This document shows, piece after piece, positions 1 to 10,941 of a stretch of 32,000 nt of DNA. Source of the DNA: Candidatus Absconditicoccus praedator (GTDB lineage: Bacteria > Patescibacteriota > Gracilibacteria > Absconditabacterales > Absconditicoccaceae); assembly GCF_021057185.1 (NCBI RefSeq), contig NZ_CP054059.1, forward strand, positions 420,001 to 452,000, written 5' to 3'. Position 1 is the first letter of the stretch. Every line of letters starts with the position of its first letter. A program made the translations under genes and the position numbers. The notes beneath the pieces are model-generated. The model saw only the letters and a program-made list of their open reading frames with translations, was not told the origin of the DNA and did no database searches.

Positions 1-881
1 TTCCAAGCTTCGAAAAGTTTTTCTTCATTTAACCAATCAAGTCACCTTCTTTTCTCCAAAAACTCTAAATTTTCTGTCCAAGGAAAGTTTATAGCTATAT
101 GATTCCAAAACTCTCTCCAAGCTATTTCAGACAAAAAAACATCATTATCACAATTTGATTTTTGGATTGCATCATAAACTTGCCTAATAGACACCAGACC
201 AAATCTGACATAAGGAGACAACTTGCTTGTTCAGTCTTGAAACGGATAGTTTCTGGTATTTTCATAATTACAAAAATCAAAATTTTTTAATATATTGTCT
301 CATTCATGCACATCCCACAAATTCTCAAAATCAAACTTATCCAAGTAATCAACAACAGTAGACAAGCTAGTAGACATTGTAGAAATTTTTTTGTCTATAT
401 TTAAGATTCAAGAGAACTCAAAAACATTTTTCCATTGTTTATAAAAAGGAGTAAACACTTTTCTTACAGGCACATTTTCAGGCTTTACCAAAAAAAAGTC
501 TTCAAACTGACAAAATTCAGCATTAATAGATTTTTTAATATTTGTATCCCTAGTAGTTCAGTATGGTCAATAAGATCTATTTGTGTATACTGCATCTATA
601 TTGTTTTCTTTTACTATTTGGGGCAACAATTTTTGTGGATCTCCAACTGCTGAATATAGTCTTGATCATTTTTCTTGCAGCTGAGAATCAAGCCTAATAA
701 GAGCATCCTTTAGAAATCATAGTCTTTTGTCGTTTTGTGGAAATCTATCTAGAATTTTTTCATCAAAAATAAAAACTGGCAATACATTTTCTCAGTCTTC
801 AATTGCATTCCATAATCATACATTATCAAAAACCCTAAGGTCTTGTCTAAACCAAAATAAAATATTTTTAAACTTTCACAT
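1..881 (-). CDS. phr: Deoxyribodipyrimidine photolyase / cryptochrome family (N-terminal part; the 3' end runs off the window start)
   Basis: Table-25 translation from ATG at 881-879 gives MGKFKNILFWFRQDLRVFDN, then KVFTPFYKQWK, DGTSKLSPYVRFG and EIAWREFWNH. These are classic photolyase motifs. The in-frame TGA at 231-233 falls on the conserved Gly of G-T-S-x-LSPY. Confidence 0.85.
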
Positions 882-1215
882 CCAAAATTTTACGATATTT
901 CATAAAAACAAACCAAACTCTTATAAGTTCTTGCTTTGTACATCTTTCAAGATAAAATTCTAGTTTTTCTATGATTACTCATAAACTCACATATAATTGT
1001 CAGCTATACACATCAAAATGGTTGTCCAAAGCTATGAGATAATAAAAAAACGATAAAGAATTCAAGAAAGCTTCCAGATCTTTTTCAGGATTAAATTCTA
1101 TTATCTCAAAAATCCTATCTGACTCTATGTCAGAAAACCTTATATTTACTAAATCTTCTGTCATATACTGCAAACTATGGTGATCTACTTGAGTTCTTGA
1201 AATTAATTTTTCCAT
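868..1215 (-). CDS. Hypothetical protein (115 aa)
   Basis: ATG at 1215-1213 with TAA at 870-868. The standard-code ORF 1000..1215 continues through two in-frame TGA codons. It overlaps the photolyase start by 14 nt (operon-like). I recognised no motif. Confidence 0.45.
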
Positions 1216-1538
1216 TTTTATTGCTTATTTGAATTTTCATCTAAATTATTCAAGTTGTTGTCAAAAAAATACCTTCTATCATCCAAAAAACACATTGTGA
1301 TAGCAATTATCCATCACACAAATGTCCACCCTGTAAAAATATTCACTACAATTATGTGCAGAAGTATTTTTTTTCATTTTATTAAAGCTATTATCGTTGG
1401 CAACATATATAAAGTAAAAACAGAAAATATGGTAACAAATCAACTTAATCATGGCTCTACTGCTGTAGCTTGCATATCAAAAAATTATATTATAAATGTA
1501 ATTCAACTTATACACAATAAAACTCAAAATTCAAGAAA

Positions 1539-2081
1539 TTAATCCCAAGTTTCCATCTGTCTTGATGCTTCTGGGATATCATCAATTTCTATAACATCTC
1601 AAGGCTGAAATTCATTATCTTCTTCTTGGGTAGTATATGTTTTTTCTTCTGTTGTTTCTGGAACTTTGTTTTGAAATCATTCTATAGAATAAACTATTTG
1701 AATTGTTAAATGCACATTATCAGCATTTTCTGGATGTACAAACCTAAGTCAGTTTTTGAGTATATACAACATATCATCTACAGTTCAAGGATAATTTTTA
1801 ATAAAATCTAATGCTCAATCTGCAGAATTATTTCCTATATTTTGGACCAAATAGTTCAAGTTTTGTACAAAAAAATCCCTATTCTCTCGCATATTATAAG
1901 GGTAATGATCCATAGATACTTCTCTTACTCAGATTTCATCAGGACTATAATCCATTGATTTTACATCTTTTCAATATATTGAACAACTAAGGACTCATAT
2001 TAAAGCTAATTTTGTAAGATCTTTAAAAGAATAAGAGTTGCCAAAACCATAATTCTCAAAATACTCTGGAGTTTTTAGCAT
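1539..2081 (-). CDS. Hypothetical protein (180 aa) with an acidic C-terminal tail
   Basis: ATG at 2081-2079 and TAA at 1541-1539. It is an uninterrupted table-25 ORF with about 8 in-frame TGA codons (MLKTPEYFENYGFGNSYSF...RFVHPENADNVHL...). It is invisible in the standard-code track. No family recognised. Confidence 0.55.
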
Positions 2082-2254
2082 AAAAAGTAAAATTAAGATT
2101 TAATTAAAACACTATATAAAAATTTTTTACCAAAAGTCAACTCAAAAACAAATTACCAATAAAAAATATAAATAACTTTTTTGAAAAAGTACTTAAAATG
2201 TTTATAATTAGAACTCAAATCTTAATATTATTTAAATATTTAAAAAGAAAATAA

Positions 2255-2503
2255 ATGATAAAAGACAAAAGAACTATGGAAATAGTTACTGAAGTAATGA
2301 AACTTTTTGTTGGGATGGTTATTGCTTTGGCTTGGGACTGAGCAATAAGAACAATAATAAGCATAATAAAAGAAAGTTTCCCATTTGCATGAATACTGCT
2401 GAGCTTTCTATATGCTATTTTTATCACAGTAGTAGCACTTTTTATAGTTGTCTTTATCCTTAAAAAAATTGATAATACAGAGAAAGAATCAGAAAACAAT
2501 TAA
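2255..2503 (+). CDS. Small membrane protein (82 aa)
   Basis: ATG 2255, TAA 2501-2503. Translation is MIKDKRTMEIVTEVMKLFVGMVIALAWDGAIRTIISIIKESFPFAGILLSFLYAIFITVVALFIVVFILKKIDNTEKESENN. It has two hydrophobic helices and a charged tail. I prefer it over the antisense ORF 2104..2499, which starts on TTG. Confidence 0.5.
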
Positions 2504-2534
2504 TTTTTTCTTACAAAATAGCTATAAAAAAACC

Positions 2535-2562
2535 TTGACAACATAAAAATAAAAAATATAAA
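2535..2562 (+). promoter_or_regulatory. Sigma-70-like promoter candidate for the GGDEF gene
   Basis: TTGACA (2535-2540), a 16-nt spacer, then TATAAA (2557-2562). It sits about 30 nt upstream of ATG 2593. Confidence 0.35.
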
Positions 2563-2592
2563 AAACTATATTTACTCATTATTTTCTTTTAG

Positions 2593-3852
2593 ATGAATTT
2601 ACCAGAAAGTTTTTCTTGTAAGTGAGTTATGAAAGAATTGAAAAATCATGGTATAGAAAAACAACAAAGAAAACAAATAATGAAAGCTCTTGATTCTTAT
2701 AGAAGAAAATCTATTTTAGTCGAAGAAAAAAAGCTAAAAGAGAAATACTCAGAAATTATACAAATTCAGGAGTCATTTATGGATGAGTTTGAAAAAATAT
2801 TCCAAGAACAAGAATGTTATGAACTTTTGAATTTTTTTGAAATTCTTATGAACTTTTTCAACAACAAATTTTCTACAATGGAATTAGAAGTTTATGAAGT
2901 CACAGAAAATATTAATTGAATAAATAATTTAAGGTTCTGCAAGCCTAGAAAAACCTCTCACAAAAAACAAGATAAAACCACAGACGAAATAAGCTACTTA
3001 GAAGAAAAAGCTTTGAATTCTGAAAACAAAGAACTGATATACAAAATTACTGATATATCTAAAAAACAAGAAGATATAGCTTGAATAAAAATTCAAACCA
3101 ATTATAAAGAAACTTTTTTGATTACCATAATTTTATCAGAGAACTTAAATTCAAGCAACTATCAAACTTTTTTGGAAGAATTTGTAAGTTTAAAAAATAT
3201 TTTTGAGGTTAGTAGATTGAGTTTTTTGTTGGAAGAAAAAATTGCTGCTCTTAATAGTTCATTTAAAGATAGGTTAACTGGACTATTTAATAAAGCATAT
3301 TTAGACACAAAGCTTGATGAAACATGATGGAGTGCTATTTATATTGATATAGATAGCTTTAAAGAGCTAAATGATACTTATGGACATTGTGTATGAGATT
3401 ATGCATTACAGCTTCTTTCAAAAGCATTAAAAGAATCAGTAAGATATGAGGATAAAACTTGCCGTTTATATTGAGATGAATTTATGATTCTTGTAAATAC
3501 TTATAATGGCGAAGAAGTGAAAAAAATTTTAGAAAGAATTAGGCAAAAAGTAAATGGGATATCTTTTGAAACTGAAAACAAAAAAAACAAACAAATAGAA
3601 ACAGTAGATTTATCAGCTTCTTTATGAATTGCTATTTGAGACAACAAGAAGACAGTTAAAGAACTCTTAAAAGAGTCTGATGCCTTAATGCTTGGAAGTA
3701 AAACCACCTCTTGAAGTCTTTATAGGCTTCGCCAACAATTAGAGTCTTGCAAAGAATCTGACAGAGAAGAAGTTGTTGAGAATTTATTGGATGTAATATC
3801 TTACAAACAGTTGGTAAGAATTCTTGCAAAAAAAATTTTACAAAAAGAATAG
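2593..3852 (+). CDS. GGDEF-domain protein (putative diguanylate cyclase) with YGDEF motif, RxxD I-site and an N-terminal domain of unknown function
   Basis: The ORF runs from ATG 2593 (alternative ATG 2629) to TAG 3850-3852. Motifs are DRLTGLFNKAYLD, IYIDIDSFKELNDTYGHCVGDYAL, RYED (3442-3453) and RLYGDEFMILV (YGDEF at 3469-3483, with Gly encoded by TGA). Confidence 0.85.
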
Positions 3853-3858
3853 CATAAT

Positions 3859-6800
3859 TTATTCTTGTTTTCTGAAAAACTTAGTAATCCATCCCAAAAA
3901 TCTTCTAATAAATCATTTCTTTTCTTTGATAAAAAACTCATAATAAATAGCTGGTATTACAAACAAAGTCATCAATCATCCAAATGCAAGTCCAAAAATT
4001 ACGGTAAATCCAAGACTTGCCCAGAACTCATCCTCCAAAGCCAATGGTAGAATACCAAAGATTGTAGTTAATGTAGTCAAAATTATTGGTCTAAGTCTAG
4101 ATCTTCAACTTTCTAACAATGCTTTCATATTGTCTTCTGTGTTTTCAAGATTCGAACTTATCCTATCTATTAGAATAATAGCATTATTTACCACAATTCA
4201 TGCCAAGGCAACAAAACCAATACCAAAAGGCATACTATAAGGGTTTCAAGTAGCCCAAAGTCAGACATTTACTCACAAAACAGCCAAAACCACTGAATAT
4301 AGTATCATCAAAGGTTTTGAGAATGAATTGAACTGCAAAACCAAAATAGAAAATATTGCCAACATTCAAATTACAAATGCTTCAACAACTCATATTATAA
4401 GTTCTTGATTTTCTTGGGCTTCTCAAGCTTCTTCAAAAGATATTCATTCTGGATAGTCATACTCTTGAGCAAACTGCCTGAAATCTCATTGAATTTCTGC
4501 TGTTCTTGCTTCATATCCCCTTGCTAAGTCTCATCATATAGAAAGCACAATATTTTGATCTCTCCTGTTGATTTCATCTACAGCTCTATCTAACTTGACT
4601 TCAGCAACATCTCCAAACTGCACACCTTCTCATACTGGAATATTGTCTACATCAGCTGGATTAATTTTATCTCAGAACTGATCAGATTTTACCACAATAT
4701 CAAACTCATCTTGTCACCTTGATATAGATCAAATTTTATTTCAATCTAAATATGAAAAAACCTGATTACTTACTACATCCGGAGTAAGATCAAATTCTTC
4801 CAAGGCATAATTGTCAAAACTATAAACATACTGTCCTGGCAACTCATCAGAAGATATGCTAATATCTCAAATTCATTCTCTTCTTTCTAGCCAATACTCA
4901 AAATCATCACCCACTTCCAAAAGTTTGTCAAAATATTCTATTGAGTCAGCAACAAGCCTAACTCATATAGGCTCTGAGTCTTGGGGTGGTCATCCATCTT
5001 GTATCTGAGTAGATATAGACATTCATTTGTTTTCTAAGTGTTGGAGTTTTTCTAGTACTTTTTCTTCTACATCATATACATTTCAAAGATTCATATTTTC
5101 CCTTTCACTTACAGACAACAGATTGATATCCAGTCATATAGTATCCGAATCCACATAATAAGAGTAATCTTCAATTTCCATAATATCATTGAACTTGCTT
5201 TCAAATCAAGAGGTATACTCACTCATGTACTCACTACTAATACCACTTGGTCATTCTATGCTTACTTGCATAAAATCTGTATCAGAACTTGGAAACAAAG
5301 TAAAACCTATCCTTGGTGAAAGAAAGATGAAACTCAAAACAAGTAAAACCACAGGGATCCATATAGTAGTAAGTCTGGTAAATTTATTCCTCATTATGAT
5401 TCACAATAGGTTTGCATATCAGTCTTGCAAAAAATCAAAAAACACATCTTTTTTCTGTTTTCATTCAGTTTTTTCGTATTTTCATTTCCTATCATGCTCC
5501 AAAAGTTCTCTTTCCTGCTTTGACAAAAGCTCTTCTGCTCCAGGATTCCCAAAATAACATTTTGGATCTTTGTTTAGTTTATAAAAAATTGCTGAATTGA
5601 GGGTCAAAGACAAAAGCCAAGCTGCAAAAACTACCGAAAATACAGTGACTGGTATATAAGCTAAGAAATTTCACATCATTCCCGGCAAAAATATCAAAGG
5701 CAAGAAAACAGCCAAAGTAGTAGCAGCTCAAGAAGTCATAGGTCTCCAAAGATCTCTAATTGCCAAAAGTATAGCGTTTTTGGGTGAGTATCACAGCCTA
5801 ATTTTTTGACTGGCTCACTCTACTATCACAATAATAACATCTATAGCTATTCAGAAACTAAGAACCAATGAAAAATTTGTTAAAAAGTTCATTGTATACC
5901 CCAACTGATTTAGGACAAAAAAAGTAATCATAAAGGCAAGGGGCAATGCCAAACTTGCCAATATTGACTGTTTGAATCATATAAACAAAAACAACAAAGC
6001 AAAAACAAGTACCAAAGTTATTAGTCAATTTTCTGCCAAAGTTTCATAATCTTCTATAATAAGAGCTGCCAAATCTGATGTATAAAAATAATTGATTCAA
6101 GCAAATTCTGTAGAGTTTATTAGTTTGTCTATCTCAGACTTTGCAAAATTTGAAGCTGCAAAAATACTGGTTTGTTGGTCTTTTTCAAACTCCAAACTTA
6201 CAGAAGAATATCTTTTGCTATCCTGAATAAGTCAGGCAAATCTTTTGGCATCGTCATCGTATTTTTTCTGATAAGAAGCCACATCTTGTAATTTCACATA
6301 AGATCAATCTTGACCATGAATCACCAAATCCATCAACTCTTGGATATCATCAACTTCTCACTCTATCCTAAAATCATAATCAAAATCGTCTACTGTATAA
6401 TTTCAAAGAGGGGTGTTTGTGTGATAAGCTTCAAGCACATCAGAAATATCATTTATAGAAAGTCATATACTATCAAGTTCATCTTGGTTTACATTGATTT
6501 CATAATCATAATCTGCTGATCATACAACATCTATGTTTGCTACACCTCATCTTCATTCAAATTGATCTCTAACTTCTCTTGCTTTTTCTTTGAGTTCATC
6601 TTGGGAATAGTCTTGTGAATAAAGAACCAAATTGAATATAAGTTGATTTTCGGTTGTGATATCTGAAACTGATGGATCATCAGCATCCGAAGGTAAATCT
6701 ACTTGATCTACCTCATCTTCTACAGTTATAAGCTTTTCTCTGGGGTCGATATTGTCAAAAAGTTCTACAGTAATACTAGAAACTCAAAGACTACTTGTAG

Positions 6801-7071
6801 CATCTATTTGCCTGATTCAATCAACTCACTGCAACTGTCTTACAATCTTATCTGTAATCAAAGAGTCTATATCATCTGCATTTACTCATGCATAAGATGT
6901 GTTTATTTGTAGTACTGGAATTTCTATTTCTGGAGTACTTTCTTTGGGTATTTGATATATTGCACTACCACCAAGAAATACTATTAAAACCACAAACAAG
7001 AAAGACAGCTTATAGTTTTTTACCCAAAATCCAAAAAAGCTATTTTCCAAAGATTTGACAAACTCTTTCAT
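3859..7071 (-). CDS. RND-family efflux permease (AcrB/HAE-like, 1070 aa)
   Basis: ATG at 7071-7069 and TAA at 3861-3859. I checked every in-frame triplet and found no TAA or TAG. The N-terminus is FFGFWVKNYKLSFLFVVLIVFLGGSAIYQIPKESTPEIEIPVLQINTSY. The C-terminus is WASLGFTVIFGLAFGGLMTLFVIPAIYYEFF. Both are typical of AcrB-like pumps. Confidence 0.9.
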
Positions 7072-7096
7072 AAAAATTTTTTAATAAGTTAAATAA

Positions 7097-9193
7097 CTAT
7101 TGCTTTTGTAGGTAAAAGTCTTCTTCATTGTATCACCTAACATTACTTGTGATAATTTTAGTTCATTCTTCAATAGGAGTTTTTAGCAAAACTCACTTTC
7201 ATACAACCTGTTGTATTTCTACTTCTTTCTGCCTAAGTTCACCATTCTCGTATATATTTATATTGGCTTTGTTGTCTTGTACATTGCTTAAAATATTTAC
7301 TGGAATTATAGGATGTTTCATATCTACAAAAACTAATACAGTGACAAAATCTCAAAGTCTTGGGATTTCTTCCTGCAGTCTAACTCTAGCAGAGTAGTTC
7401 AGATTTTCATCTGCAGTTTGAGATATAGAGTAAAGTTTTCATATATATGATTCTCCTTGGTGCAGAATCTCTACATCCATTCACTCTCTAACATAGTCCA
7501 TTTCTCTTTCTCTAAAAGAAATTCTTATTTCATTTTCTGCTTTTCATGAAATCTCAAACAAAATATCTCACTCAGATATTTCTTGTCATTCATTTACATG
7601 AACCTGTCATATCTTACCATCTATTGGTGCTTGTACTGTTAGGTCATTTACTGCATCTGTTGCTTCTTGATACTCTATTCTTGCTGAATTCATAGCAGCT
7701 CTGGCTGCTTCTATATCCAGGTCCAAGTCTTCTTGGGCTTGTTGATAGTCATCTTCTGCTCATTCCAGTCATATTTGCGCATTTTCTATACTATTTTCCA
7801 AAGATTCCATTGTATATTCTTTGTCTTGTTTGGCTTGTTCAAGGTCGTCTATTGCATTTTCAAGAGCAATTTCAGCATTTTCAAGAGCTTCTTTTTGCTG
7901 AAGCAAAAGTCTTTCGTATTCTACCCCCAAATCATAGTCTGCTTGGTCTAGCTCATCTTGGAGTATACCTTTTTCTGACTCCATTCTTTCTATATCTCTT
8001 TTTAGAATTCTTTCTTCTCTAATATAATTTTCAAAAAATGAATCTACCTCATCTCTTAGGGTTCTTGTTTCTGATAGCGTTGAGCCAATACTTGTTCTAT
8101 ATCATCCAAACTGTTCTTTGTATCCATCAATTTCTGTTTGAGTAAAAGAAGATGATGTGATAGAGTTTCTCAAAGTTGATTCTATCTCATCTAGCATATC
8201 TCTGGTTTGCACTAATCAATCAACAAGATCTTGCACTTTTCATTGAATATTTTCTTGAGATAGATCATCAAAATCTTGTTCTTCAAGGTTTTCATACTTT
8301 CTTATGCTTTCTCTAAGTTTGTTTTCAGCTCTTATTCTTGTACTATTGCTTTTGGCTCACAAGTAAGTATCAAACCTATTGTTGTAATTTCTATTTTCAC
8401 TTGTCACACCTAATAGCTTGTCTGCTTCATAATTGATTTCATCCACCAAACTTAAATAATCGTCATAAACATTTTCTATGTTTGTTGAAAATGAGTTGAT
8501 TTGTTGCTGATTATTTGTTTCCAAACTTTCAAGTTCATCTCTTGCGTTTTCAAGTTCTTTTTCCAAATTTTCTAGTTCTCTTCTAGCAATCGAACTATCT
8601 GCTTGCATATCTCTAAGAGATCTTTCGTATTCTAACTGTTCTACTTGTTTTTCAAAATCTTGTTGAGTTATTTCATAGTCAAGTTTAGCCTGTCTCTTTG
8701 CTCTTTCCAAAGACCTAATGTTCTTTTCTAAGTCTGACTGTGTTTGTCTTTTTTCTAAATCTGCAGACTGATAGTCAAGTTCTGACTGTTCTATTCACCT
8801 TTGTAAGTCTCTTAGGTTTTTGTCCAGTTGTCTTTGGGTTTGTTCATATTCAATTTCTGCCTGTCTTAGGTTGTTTTGAGCAAGTTGTTGTTGTAATCTA
8901 TAATTTGCAACAGAGTCTTCCATTTCCAACAAGGTTTGTCATTGTGTTACTTGATCTCATTCTTTGACATTGATTGAAGATACCCTACCTGCTACTTGAG
9001 ATCATTTTTCAATATCTTTTGCTGACTGCACCCTTCCATTTTTTTTGAAATATGCTTCAGAATCAAAATCTTGTATTTTTTGTGTATCTATACTATAAGG
9101 TCTTTGTTCTTCTTCTATGTCTTCTTCTCAATCTTCACAGCCATACAATCACAATACAGTAACTAATAAAATTGCCAAAATAGCTTTTCTCAT
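7097..9193 (-). CDS. HlyD/MFP-type periplasmic adaptor lipoprotein with a very long coiled-coil insert (698 aa)
   Basis: ATG at 9193-9191 and TAG at 7099-7097. The signal peptide with lipobox is MRKAILAILLVTVLGLYGC. Lipoyl half-motifs are GRVSSINVKEGDQVTQGQTLLEMED and LTVQAPIDGKIGQVHVNEGQEISEGDILFEI. They are separated by about 420 aa rich in E, Q, L and R with heptad character. The gene lies 25 nt upstream of the RND gene. Confidence 0.85.
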
Positions 9194-9220
9194 AGAATTT
9201 TTCTTATTTTATAAATTTGA

Positions 9221-9538
9221 TTAATTTTGTTTGTAGCGATTTAGAGTGTTTTCTAATTTTTCTATATCTTCATAAGCTTGTTTTTTCATGTCTTCTTGTC
9301 TTAGTTTGTCTTTTTCTTCTATTTCTTTTTTCATCCTATCTGAAAACTCATTTATATCTTCCGGTTTGATTACCCATACTACTTTCCCGTGTTTTGTTCA
9401 AACCATTACATTGTCTCCAGGATTTAGATCCAACATTTGTCTAACTTCCTGAGGTATTACTATTTGTCATTTGGGTCATACTTTTGCAGTACCATGAATT
9501 TTTACCCCACAAGTTTCTTGATTGGTTAGTTCGTCCAT
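9221..9538 (-). CDS. AbrB/MazE/SpoVT-family DNA-binding protein (105 aa)
   Basis: ATG at 9538-9536 and TAA at 9223-9221. GPKGQIVIPQEVRQMLDLNPGDNVMVGTKHGKVVWVIKPED is a SpoVT-AbrB swapped-hairpin motif. It is followed by a charged helical tail. This is the first gene of the adaptor/RND gene string. Confidence 0.8.
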
Positions 9539-9550
9539 TTTTATTTTTTT

Positions 9551-9595
9551 GAGTATAAATAGTACAACTAGTATAACTAGTATAACTAATAATGC
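9551..9595. repeat. Tandem 9-bp repeats (TAGTATAAC-like, about 5 units) in the divergent abrB-like/queA intergenic region
   Basis: The units are gagtataaa, tagtacaac, tagtataac, tagtataac and taataatgc, read directly from the sequence. The array starts 13 nt upstream of the abrB-like ATG. Confidence 0.6.
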
Positions 9596-9687
9596 AACTT
9601 AATTTTTGAGAAAATTATTTAATTCTTTCTTTAAAAATTGGAGCAAATAATTATTATCCTATGGTTTATCCAATTTTTTGTTTGAAA

Positions 9688-10842
9688 ATGTATAAAACCA
9701 AAGATTATGATTATGATCTGCCTGAAAGTCTTATTGCACAAAATCCTGTACAGCCTCCGGACAACTCTAAGCTTTTGGTTTGTCAAAAACAATCAAGCTG
9801 ATACAAATACATGCAGGGTTTATTCAAAGACATTTCAAACTTTCTTAGCAATGAAAGTGTTCTTTTTTTCAACAACTCAAAAGTGGTAAAAGCACAAGTT
9901 TTTCTTCAGCAAAAAGAAATTGTTGATAAAAACAACAAACACAAGTTTTTGAAATCAGGACAAGTGTTTTTCTTGGATAATCTGTGAGACAACAGATTTG
10001 AGGCGATGGTTTTCCCAGGAGACAAATTTATTGTATGAGCCAAAATCTATATAGAAGAGGATATTTTTATAATGGTTGAAAAAATAACCATAGCCTGAAG
10101 AATTCTAAGACTGCACGGGATGAGTATACATGATTTTCTTGAAAAACACTGAACTATTCCTCTGCCTCCTTATATACAAGAAAACTCAAACAAAAAAGAA
10201 CTGTATCAAACAAATTTTGCGCAAATAGATGGCTCTACAGCAGCTCCAACTGCCTGATTGCATTTTACAAACAATCTTATGTCAACTCTTCAATCTCAAT
10301 GAATTATTTTTGAATACCTAACATTGCATATATGAATATGAACATTCAAACCTATTATTACAGAAGACATTAGAGAGTATGATATTCATCAAGAAAAAGT
10401 AATCATAGACAAGCAAATTTTTGAAAAAATAGCAGATTATTATTATTGCTGAAAAGATATTGTATGAGTAGGGACAACTTCTACAAGGGTGTTGGAAAGC
10501 CTGCCATATTTATGGGATGAGGTTAGAAAGAATTTCAAATTTGATCAACAAACTATCAAATTCCGAGATTTTGTCAAAAAACAGTCAAATAATGAAATTC
10601 AAGGCTTGAAGTTTAACGAAAATCAAATTGAATTTTATACCAAAGTTTTTATATATCCCTGATTTGAATTCAAAATAGTACAAAACCTAATAACAAATTT
10701 TCATCTACCTCAAAGTAGTTTGTTGGCTTTGGTGGCATGATTTATGGGGTATGAAAACTTGTTTGATGCATACCATTTTGCTATCCAAGAAGAGTATAGA
10801 TTTTTTAGTTTTGGGGATGCCATGTTTATCAAGAATAAGTAA
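9688..10842 (+). CDS. queA: S-adenosylmethionine:tRNA ribosyltransferase-isomerase
   Basis: ATG 9688, TAA 10840-10842. Motifs are [69 protein letters not shown] and [19 protein letters not shown] checked all in-frame triplets. Confidence 0.92.
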
Positions 10843-10874
10843 TTTTTTTGGATATTTGGGGTGCTTGAAATCAC

Positions 10875-10903
10875 TTAGAAAAAAGTTCTTTTCTAATTTT
10901 TTT
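10875..10903 (+). terminator. Weak intrinsic terminator candidate after queA
   Basis: An 8-bp stem (ttagaaaa / ttttctaa) with loop aagttc is followed by T7. The stem is almost all A/T, so it is weak. Confidence 0.3.
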
Positions 10904-10941
10904 GATAATTTTTAATACTATTTACCACCCCTAATTGTTTT

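Noticed and set aside
1276-1452. 58-aa Cys/His-rich minus-strand mini-ORF between two hypothetical genes. The antisense plus-strand ORF 1255..1542 in the track was also considered.
   Set aside because: It is too short and compositionally biased to support as a gene from sequence alone. I mention it only as a possibility.
2104-2499. Minus-strand ORF (standard-code 2215..2499, extended to 2104 under table 25).
   Set aside because: It starts on TTG immediately after a stop and has no recognisable organisation. The plus-strand ORF 2255..2503 has an ATG, a TAA and a cleaner small-membrane-protein layout. The strand call is still uncertain.
5189-5557. Standard-code plus-strand ORFs 5189..5557 and 5412..5600. 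The same applies to 6310..6519, 6703..6912, 7128..7397, 7733..8022 and 8740..8967.
   Set aside because: They lie antisense to the RND and adaptor genes. Those minus-strand frames are continuous, motif-bearing and free of TAA/TAG. The plus-strand translations are low-complexity and hydrophobic (F/L/S/I-rich), which is typical of shadow ORFs in AT-rich DNA.
10857-10930. GGGGTG ... CACCCC pairing across about 60 nt after queA, considered as a structured ncRNA or tRNA-like element.
   Set aside because: There is only one 6-bp helix, and it encloses the weak queA terminator hairpin. No cloverleaf or conserved tRNA boxes are present. I found no tRNA-like sequence anywhere in the window.
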